In this document: in pieces, positions 54,901 through 64,000 of the stretch
How positions within the stretch are numbered: the first letter of the stretch is position 1
How the letters are laid out: each line of letters begins with the position of its first letter
NCBI RefSeq assembly: GCF_964194155.1
Contig: NC_135891.1
Coordinates: 119,350,001 to 119,414,000, forward strand
Source: Cetorhinus maximus
Taxonomy: Eukaryota
Length of the DNA: 64,000 nt
Direction of reading: 5' to 3'
Notes under the pieces: model-generated
What the model was told of the DNA's origin: nothing
Seen by the model: the letters and a program-made list of their open reading frames with translations, nothing else
The model's database searches: none
Program-made: the position numbers and the translations under genes

Positions 54901-57900
54901 AATGCTCAACTATGCACCCAGGCGATATCCCAGGGAATCTTATGAAGAAAATACACAATACGATGGCCTTCCCTATGGTGACTATGAATCTCCATCTCAC
55001 AGATCGGAGAGATGGAGGAATATATCCAGTCAGGCAGAAATGCCTTCCGAAGATAATAGAAGATATTACGATGATGCTTCCTATTCTGCTTCAGGAAGAG
55101 AGAATTACTTGGAGCACCATGAGAGAGATGATCACCATTCACAGTATAACGAATTAAGGAGCCCCATTGAACCCAGTGGGAATCCAGGGTTGTTTGGAAG
55201 ACAAGCAAATTCCAATGACAGTCCTACCAGGAGAGGATCCAGCATCTACAGAAGATCAGTGAGCCCTATTGAGTCTAGAGATCGGTCAGGATCATACAGA
55301 AGGCAAACAAGCCCAAATAATTGGCAGTCTCGGAGTCCAATTAATGACTCAAGAGATTATCAATTCTATAGGAGATCCCAAAGTCCCAATGGCAGAGATG
55401 GTCAAAGTTTATACAATAGATCCCAAAACCCTGTTGATAAAACAGGACACTCAGAATCTCACAGGAGATCCTGGAGCCCTGGTCATGAGTCCAGGGATCA
55501 AGGATCTAACCCTAGATCTAGGAGTCCTGTTAAGGCACCTGATGCAGAGTTATACAAGTTATTAAGTAATGTTATTGATAATGCTCGGCGTATGGCGGCT
55601 AGTAAGAATGATCCCTCTCACACATCCTGGAGAGACCCATCCAGGGACTGCTCTCAAATGGATTCTTCCATTTACCAGACCACTACACCTACAGATGGGT
55701 TCCATGTAGCAGAGGATTATAACCCTCGCTTGAACCAGCACAGTTCTATTCATAAAAACACAGAAGTTTCCAGAAGGGGTCATTCTTTTTCTAAAGTGCC
55801 TCCTAAAAATACAAGAGGGCCTTTGCTTAAGCGTCCAAAGGTTCAAGGGCGACAAGGCCTTCTAGGCAGAGCCCCTGGCCTTCTCGGGGCAGCCCCTGGC
55901 CTTCTCGGGACAGCCCCTGGCCTTCTCGGGACAGCCCCTGGCCTTCTCGGGACAGCCCCTGGTCTTCTAGGAACAGCCCCTGGTCTCCTAGGGACAGCCC
56001 CTGCTGGTTTAGTGGGGCCTTCTGTGTCCAGCATGCCAGTGACCACCTACAAAAATGTTTCCACAGACTCTTCTGCTCATTTGCATCCATTGGGGAATAT
56101 ATCTGCTCTAGGTAGTCAAATGGAACTGGGACAGCAAATAATAAAATGGGCTGGTTTTCATAGTGTTGCTGTTGACCGTTCCATAAATAAATTTGACCCC
56201 AACACAGATACCTATTCTAAGGTAGCAACGGCCTTCCAGTGCTTGATGGCAAAGCAACATCAGGATATCTGTGATTCAACATTAGTGGCACATTTAGGCC
56301 TCACGTACCCTGTGATAGATAACTCTTTTGTGTCTCTGTTGATAAGGAAGAAAGTCATTGCAAGTAGGTTAGAGTTGGATGATATTATGCAGAAAGAAGA
56401 ATCTCTTTTACAAGAGATACAGAGCAAGCTGCTGGAATGCATAGGTCCACTTCTTGTAGCAAGCAGTAACCATGAGTTAAGCTCTAAGCCGCAAAGCTCA
56501 CAGACCCCTGACAACGTTGCCAGTGAGCTAGAGCAGGCGATCATAGCTTGCCGCCAATCAATGGTGTTCATTGGGCAAATCTTTGCTTTTGTCAGCGAAG
56601 AAAGAAGGAAAAATCTGTTGGAGAAGACCGGGCTGATCTCAGTGGCTCCAAAGTACGATTATTTTATGAATCTGGAAAGCAATCAGCTGTTTGGGAACAA
56701 ATACACAAATGAGCTGAAGAACCGAGTGGAGCAAATCTACCTCCCCCCATTATATAGCCAGGTTTCTTGTTCCAGTAAGTTCATGACAAAAGCGGAGGAA
56801 CAATCAAAGAATGATGCAGCAATCAAGCCCTCAAAAAGTAAGTACTCAAATCAGTCTCTGAGTTTATAATGATGCATAGCTTGAATTAAATTTGAGATTA
56901 CATTATATTCTAGCTATTATTAAAAGTTTCTATTGGTGATATTTTGAATGTGCCATAATTGAAAGGTTAAATATGATTTTATTAAAATATATTGATGTCA
57001 ATGAATTGAAGTTTCATCCCTTCTTTGCCCAGTTGCTGGCCTGGCTGGGACCTAGTGCCTCCAGCAGTTGGCTACATTGACACTTTTTCAGTGGTCTGGG
57101 AGTGGGTCTCGCGCCTGCATTCTTGGTAGCAGAAGCCCGAATGCCTTGCCGAGGAGCAAGGTTGTTGTTTCAATTTAGCTCCAAACACAAGGAAAGTTGG
57201 AACATTTCCTTTCCAATTTCCACTGTCTTGGCTTTGCTGTTTTGAGATTCCAATGTAACCTCCCGTTAGCTCACCTCCTTCCACAGAGATGGCTTGAACT
57301 GTTGTGTTTTTTTAAGTTTCCTCTTTGGCAGATGCCAAAGCAAGCAAGCAGACTGAGAAAGGTTCTTTAGCACTCACTGATGACAGTGGCATGTGCATGG
57401 CAGAGAAAGATACACCATCAGCAGCTGGTGAGAGCATCCACCCCCCAGAAGACACACAGGTCAAGACCATTATTGATAAACTGGCTATGTTTGTAGCAGA
57501 GAAGGGCGAAGCAGCAGAGAAAGTAGTCGTCCAGTACAAGAAAGAGGACTCCAAATATCGGTAAGGACAACTACAGAACGTAAGACAAAAGCAAAATACC
57601 ACAGATGTTGGAAATCTGAAACAAAAACAAAAAATGCTGAAAATACTCAGCAGGCGAAACACCACATGTGGAGAGAAAAACAGAATTAACATTTCAGGTT
57701 GTGACCTTTCATCAGAACAGTTCTAATGTTAACTGTTAAAAGGGAGGTGGTGGCATAGTGGTGTTGTCACTGGACAAGTAATCCAGAGACCAAGGATAAT
57801 GCTCTGGCGACCTGGGTTCGAATCCCACCACGGCAGATGGTGAAATTTGAATTCAATAAAAATCTGGAATAGAAAGCCTGATGACCACAAAACCATTGCT

Positions 57901-59803
57901 GATTGTCAGAAAAACCCATCTGGTTCATCAATGCCCTTTAGGGAAAGAAACCTGCTGTTCTTACCTGGTCTGGCCTACATGTGCTTCCAGCCCCACAGCA
58001 ATGTGGTTGACTCTTAAAAGCCCCCTGAACAAGGACAATTAGGGATAGGCAATAAATGCCCATGTCCAATGAAATTAAATAAAAGTTAACTGTTTTTCTC
58101 TCCTCACAGGTGCCTCACTTGCTGGGTTTTTCTAGTATTTTGTGTTTTGATTGTAGAACATAAGATCAACAGCAGGAGTAAGCCCCTTGAGTCTGCTTCG
58201 GCCATTCCGTAAGAATGGCTGAACTTTGACATCAACTCCACTTTCCTGTCCTTTCCCCACATGTATTGATTCCCTTAGTGCCCAAAATATGCTCAACTAA
58301 GCATCCATAGACCCCTCGGGTAGAGAACTCCAAAGGTTCAAAACCCTCTAAGACAAGAGAATCACATAAAGGAAAACAAAAAATGCTGGAAAAACCCAGC
58401 AGGTCTGTCAGCATCTGTGGAGAGAGAGACAGAGATAACGTTTCGTGTCTATATGACCCTTCTACAGACCTAAAGGGAGGTAGAGATGTGATGAAATATA
58501 TACTGATTAAGAGGGGTGGAACCAGTAAAGCTGGATAGAAAGCCAGTGATAGGTGGAGGCAAAGGAGAGATGGCAAAAGGTGTCATGAACAAAAGGTCAA
58601 AGAGTTGTTAATGGTGGTGGTTCTGGCTAAATGAGGTGCTAATGGTGACATTAAGAAAGCAAAATGTGATAATGGCTGGACCAAGGTAAGCACTCTGGAA
58701 AGTGACAGATGGCCCTAGTGGGGGTGGGGTGGGGGGAGGGGACGGGGGTAGGAAGAAAGATTGAAAATAGGCTAAAAGCTGGAGATAAAACAATGAATGG
58801 AAATGGAAATAAATTTTAAAAATAATACTGAAAATGAGTGGAAAAATAAAAAAATTAATAAAAATTTTAAAATATATATATGGAAAAAAGGGGGGTGAAA
58901 ACGATGGGTGGGGATGGAGGAGAGAGTTCATGGCCTGAAGTTGTTGAACTCAGTGTTAAGTCCGGAAGGCTGTAAAGTGCCTAATCGGAAGATGAGGTGC
59001 TGTTCCTCCAGCTTGCGTTGAGCTTCACTGGAACATTGCAGCAGGCCAAGGACGGACATGTGGGCATGAGAGCAGGATGGGGTGTTGAAATGGCAAGCAA
59101 CAGGAAGATGTGGTGAAATACACACTGATTAAGGGGAAGGTCTAGGTTATGCTTACAGACAGACTGAAGATATGATATCCCTACATCATATCAACAATTT
59201 CCAGTACCCTGGCCCTAACCGCCGCCTCTTCACCATAGACGACCAATCCTGCTGCACCTCCATCCCCCACCAGGATGGTCTGAGGGCTCTCCGCTTCTTC
59301 CTTGAACAGAGGCCCGAACAATCCCCATCCACCAACACTCTCCTCCGTCTGGCTGAACTTGTTCTCTCACTGAACAATTTTTCCGTAAACTTGTCTCACT
59401 TCCTCCAAATAAAAGGTGTGGCTATGGGTACCCGCATGGGTCCCAGTTATGCCGGTCTCTTTTAGCCTATTTTCGATCTTTCTTCCCACCCCTGTCCCCT
59501 CCCCCCACCCCACCCCCACTAGGGCCATCTGTCACTTTCCAGAGCACTCACCTTAGTCCGGCCATTATCACATTTTACTTTCTTAATGTCACCATTAGCA
59601 CTTCATTTAGCCAGTACCACCACCATCAACAACTCTTTGACCTTTTGTTCATGACATCTTTTGCCATCTCTCCTTTGCCTCTACCTATTGCTGGCCTTCT
59701 ATCCAGCTTTACCGGTTCCAACCCCCTTAATCAGTATATATTTCACCACATCTCTACTTCCCTATAGATCGGTAGGAGGGCCATACGGACTCGAAACGTT
59801 ATC

Positions 59804-59865
<62 letters not shown>

Positions 59866-62800
59866 CAGATGCTGTCAGACCTGAGTTTTTCCAGCATTTT
59901 TTGTTTTCGTTTCAGATTTCCAGCATCTGCAGTATTTTGCCTTTATTTTAGAATCACATAAAGGGTCTGACAAGACTAGATAGGCTAATTTATCTAATAA
60001 TTGCCCCCTTTTAATATGAAAAAATAATAATCCTCTTAAAATAAATTTTCTTGCCAGTTCAGGGGTCTCTCGGAGCCAAGCTACTCTGCACCATCAAATA
60101 GAGATCGTATATTGAAAATACCGGATCACCATTTGAGTCAGTCTGATAGCCCATCTTCATGGTCGAATAGCTTAATAACATTTACATTTGTATACGAACA
60201 CTGTAACAGCCACTTGGGTAAAGTACAAGGCCTGTAGGTACCACAGCAAGAATTATTAGCAGCTTCAGAAGGGGAGGATTAAATTAATGATGTTAGCTAT
60301 GCCCTGGGTACCAGCATTGGCTGATAGATGTCCGCCCCCTCGACTGTAGTTAATGCCTGGCCCAGGGGATAGTAAGGAAGATAGAAAAGGGAGACTTATC
60401 TACTAATTTTTTAAATAAATCTTTATTTTAAAGGTTTTTGCTTGACACAAAAAGCAATGAATACAGGTATTACAAGCATAAAGTGGCACAGTTCTCTAGA
60501 GAAAACGCCTGCCAGTCAAGCAAACCTGGTGCTGCTGAGAACAAAGGATCAGGGTACAAAGCATCCATGGACAACACAGCAAGTGCACTCCAAAAAGAGT
60601 TCCTGATGAAAGTTGAGAATTCAAAAACATGTCCAACTACAGAAAAAGGTAGGGACAACATAACTGCTAATATAACTGTTGCAAGGAAAGGGTTAATCAG
60701 ACTGTCATGAAAGTCTATGAAAGAAAAAAAGACTTGCATTTATTTAGCACCTTTCAGAACATTCCAAAGCACCTACAGGCAATGAAATATTTTTGAAGGA
60801 CAGTCAATGTTGTAATGTGGGAAACATAGCAGTCAATTTGTGCAGAGTAAGTTCCCACAAACTGCGACTTGATAATGACCAGATAATCTGTTTTTTAGTG
60901 ATCTTAATTGAAGGATGAATACCGCTAGGACACCCACAGGGAACTCCCTACTCTTCTTCAGAGTAGTACCGTGGGATCTTTTACATCCACCTGAGAGGAG
61001 ACAGGGCCTCGATTTAATGTCTCATTTCTCTCACTATTGAACTGAAGTATAAGCCTAGAATTTTGTGCTCTTGACCTTTTGAACCCACGACCTGACTCAG
61101 AAGCGAGAGTGCTACCACTAAGCCATGGCTGACAACATTATGTTCTCCTACTATTGATTTATCCTTATATTGTAGTAATGTTTGATGATAGATATTTTGA
61201 AGGGCCTTGGGATGCTTTACTATGTTGAAGGCATTATATAAATGCAGGTTATTGTTGTTGGCCATTAGTTTTTGCCTGTTCAGGGAATTTTAAGTCCGTT
61301 TCAAATCAGGACTGACCTGCAGCATGGGTCAGCTTAGTCACCTAATTAAAAGGCCTGTTGTTGCATACTGATTCATCTTTTTCATTAGTTGATCACAATT
61401 GCAGGAAGAACAAGGGAGAACAAGTTCTGCAAGTGAGAACATTGGATGTAATCATCTTTAATTAAGGCTTCTGTAGAGGCAGGATATTGACTTCGTACTG
61501 AATCAAAAACAATTATAATGAATGCACGATGGGAGTGAAGTTATCTACTAAGATAACAAAATACAGAAGTTGTACTTGTTTTTTATTCGTTCATGGGATG
61601 GGGGCATTACTGGCTAGGCCAGCATTTATTGCCCATCCTTAATTGCCCTTGCGAATTGAATGGCTTGCTAGGCCACTTCAGAGGGCATTTAAGAGTCAGC
61701 CGCGTTGCTGTGGGTCTGGAGTCACATGTAGGCCAGACCAGGTAAGGATGACAGGTTTCCTTCCCTAAGGGACAGGTTTCGTGACCATCATTAGACTTTT
61801 TTTAAATTCCAGATTTTTTTTTTCATTGAATTCAAATTCCACCATCTGGAATGGTAGGAATTGAACTCGCGTACCCAGAGTATTACCCTGGGTCTCTGGA
61901 TTACTAGCCCAGTGACCAAACCGCTATACCACCCCCTCCCACTGCTTAAGTAAAAATAGCTCATTAAGGAAAACCAAAGTTGTTGATCAGGAATAAGTCA
62001 ATTCAGTTTTCATTATATGAGGTTGTATTTTAACAATTATAAACATGATGTAATACAGAATTGTGTTACAGAATTGTGTTTATTGTCACATAGAGGGAGT
62101 AAGAGAATTGCTGGTTTGTAATAGTATTTGGATTTGTAAATTTCTAAAATACTGAGCTCAAAATTGTGACACCTTTTGAGTCCCTCAACTTAATTAGCAA
62201 GGTGATGTCACAAGTACTGTCTGTTAAATATAGGCTTAAGCACTGCTACGTATGCTATATGCTTAATAAATCTTTAATATCCATGCTTAGAATCATCTTG
62301 ATTTGAGGAATAAATTATAAATAAGAACCCTGTCCTCTAATGTTGACATGACAGAACTGTAAGCTACAAGACTTTGTTGTCACAGTTGCCTACTCTCTCC
62401 AGAAGATGCTCAGTGTCCTTGGGGTATGGTTCCTCAAAAGCTATATGACCTCTGTGATCTTGCCATGTGGCCACTCTTCACATATTAGCCTACACCAGTG
62501 GTGGGCAACCTGCAGCTCGTGGGCCACATGCAGCCCATCAGGGTTCTGAGTGCAGCCCATCAGGGTTCTGAGTGCAGCCCATCAGACATTTTGTTGACTT
62601 GCCCACACGCAGGGTTGCCAGATTCCACTGGTTTCCATCCACGTAGTTTTCTTCCTGTGGTATTACTAAAGTGATACGCACGCAAAGCAAGGGCACATAA
62701 AGTGAGGTGCATGCTGATTGCAGACAACATTGACTGTGAGAGCCATGTGCTCCCTCTGCGTCCAATCAAAGTGCTGCTACAGTTCAATCAGCACGCCCCA

Positions 62801-63283
62801 CAAATTCTTATTCATGGGATCATAGTTAGTGCACATGCCCGATTTCAATCTTGTGGCCCACTGAGCTGAAGGAGGGCCACTCATGCGGCCCACTCACTAG
62901 CTAGGCTACCTGTCAGTGGCTTGGACAGTGAGTGCCAACAGGGTACATTAAGGTTCCAGAACCGCATTGTGGGCTTGCCCATTTCTGATTTGGGGTGAAG
63001 TCAGCCAAGGCCTGGGAGCTGGTTGGCCCGCCTTAGTGCAAGTGTAGTGTGCAAGAGGGTCCATGATGAATTAGGTGAGGCGGTGTAGTGAGAATCAACA
63101 GCAAGTTGCTGTCTTTCAGCAATTTGTGATTTCTGAAACTTAACATGTTTTTCTTGCAGATGATCCTCTCGGTGACACGAAGACAAGAACTACTGCGGAG
63201 AAGCTGGCCAAGTTTGTGGCTGAATGTGGCCCAGAGCTGGAAGAGATTGCCTTTGAAAACAATCGGGATAATCCAACCTTCTG
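48928..63283 (+). CDS. SUGP2: SURP and G-patch domain-containing protein 2, 5'-partial; continues beyond the window. Exons 48928-48949 (putative), 54900-56837, 57332-57560, 60434-60648, 63160-63283
   Basis: Large exon with GQQIIKWAGFH (human GIEIIKWAGFH) and LFGNKY (human LFGREY), followed by SURP exons in consistent phases. Confidence 0.88.
54900..56837 (+). CDS. SUGP2: SUGP2 large exon (RS/SP-rich N-terminus, GLLGxxP x7, central helical domain)
   Basis: 655-aa ORF 54902-56869; long pyrimidine tract plus gaag| acceptor; donor A|gtaagt at 56838. Confidence 0.92.
55856..56002 (+). repeat. Coding 21-bp tandem repeat, 7 copies (GLLG[R/A/T]AP), in SUGP2
   Basis: ggccttctcgggacagcccct x7 with synonymous variation. 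Confidence 0.95.
57332..57560 (+). CDS. SUGP2: SUGP2 exon (first half of SURP1); alternative in-frame acceptor at 57317
   Basis: ...HPPEDTQVKTIIDKLAMFVAEKGEAAEKVVVQYKKEDSKY(R)|gtaagg. Confidence 0.85.
58373..59949. mobile_element. Penelope-like retroelement, internally deleted, with inverted terminal repeats and a 15-bp TSD
   Basis: GIY-YIG end (HLPVACHFN...LEEQHLIFRLGTLQPSGLN) at 58928-59125(-); RT piece (QIKGVAMGTRMGPSYA) at 59172-59465(+); inverted arms ~58373-58778 and ~59459-59915; TSD agaatcacataaagg at 58358-58372 and 59950-59964. Confidence 0.85.
59807..59862 (+). repeat. (CT)n microsatellite; a shorter one at 2229-2258
   Basis: Direct inspection. Confidence 0.9.
60434..60648 (+). 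CDS. SUGP2: SUGP2 exon (second half of SURP1 and linker)
   Basis: taaag|FLLDTKSNEYRYYKHKVAQF...PTTEK|gtaggg, 215 nt. Confidence 0.88.
62496..62920. mobile_element. Possible hAT/Charlie-type non-autonomous element containing a 22-bp tandem duplication
   Basis: Starts cagtggtgggcaacctgc; (tgcagcccatcagggttctgag) x2.5 at ~62529-62585; right end degenerate. Confidence 0.4.
63160..63283 (+). CDS. SUGP2: SUGP2 exon (first half of SURP2)
   Basis: tgcag|(D)[40 protein letters not shown](W)|gtaaga, 124 nt. Confidence 0.93.
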
Positions 63284-64000
63284 GTAAGAGTACAGACACT
63301 GGCTGCTTGCTGGCATATCAGGGATATATGGGTATGGGACAGGGTTATTTTCCACCAGTAAGGGATACCCTTGCACTGCCCAGCTCAAGAGTGCTTTAGA
63401 TCAGTTAATCCCAAAGGTAATGTTTACTGTTTTTCAGGTCGGATACACTTCCCAGGAGGGGGAGGGTGGTGGCCAGGGCCACTACATTTTGTATGCTTTT
63501 TGTGTGCTCTTATCATCTGGCAGATGGAACAGTGGGCCACTTAATTCCTCACAGCTGGTTTGCTCTCTGTTTTTATTTGGAATTCCTTGAATCTCTTTGG
63601 GACATCCTGAAGTTGTGAAAAATGGTTTATAAATGCTAAATTCTTTTTGGATTAGGGTCAGAGTGTATGATTTTAATGTGACTCCCCAAAACTGATCATG
63701 AGAGGTAACTGTGTTTTAAAAAAATATATAAAATTCACAACCTCGGGACATTCCAAAGCACTTTCCAGCAGCAAAGTTTTCTTGAAGTGTAGTCACTGTT
63801 GTAATGTAGGAAATGAAGTGGTCGCTATTGACACAGCAAGATCCCAAAAACAGCAATGTGATAAATGATCAATTTTTAAGCTGTTGTTTGAGGGAGTGCT
63901 GCTCCACTGTAGATGCTATCTTTCAGATGAAGCATTAAACCAAGGTCCCTTTTGTCCTCAAGTGGCTATTAAAGATCCCATGGACAATATTTAGAAGAAA

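Overview
Eukaryotic (vertebrate) genomic DNA, most likely from a shark or other cartilaginous fish; this is inferred from the repeat content. It has two assembly gaps (5111-5516, 9953-10087). Three spliced genes were reconstructed by hand. TM6SF2 (- strand) is complete: 10 coding exons, 19615->1143, 376 aa, one GC-AG intron. SUGP1 (- strand) is complete: 14 coding exons, 48595->23909, 655 aa. SUGP2 (+ strand) is 5'-partial and runs off the right end. SUGP1 and SUGP2 are paralogs lying head-to-head on a ~330-bp bidirectional promoter with ETS and ZNF143-type motifs. Introns carry CR1/L2 LINE fragments, SINEs, Penelope-like elements, a decayed Harbinger transposon and minisatellites. The most striking signal is a ~72-nt intronic element that is almost identical in front of both SURP-domain exons of SUGP1. 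In each copy a strong upstream acceptor gives a frameshift and premature stop. The productive acceptor has no pyrimidine tract and a branch-point-like A at -15, resembling the cryptic sites activated by SUGP1 loss or SF3B1 mutation. This suggests a duplicated AS-NMD autoregulatory sensor (inference). SUGP2 also has seven tandem GLLGxxP (PTB-binding PRI-type) motifs and a domain resembling a DIRS retrotransposon ORF1. Exon coordinates were read manually; repeat boundaries are approximate.
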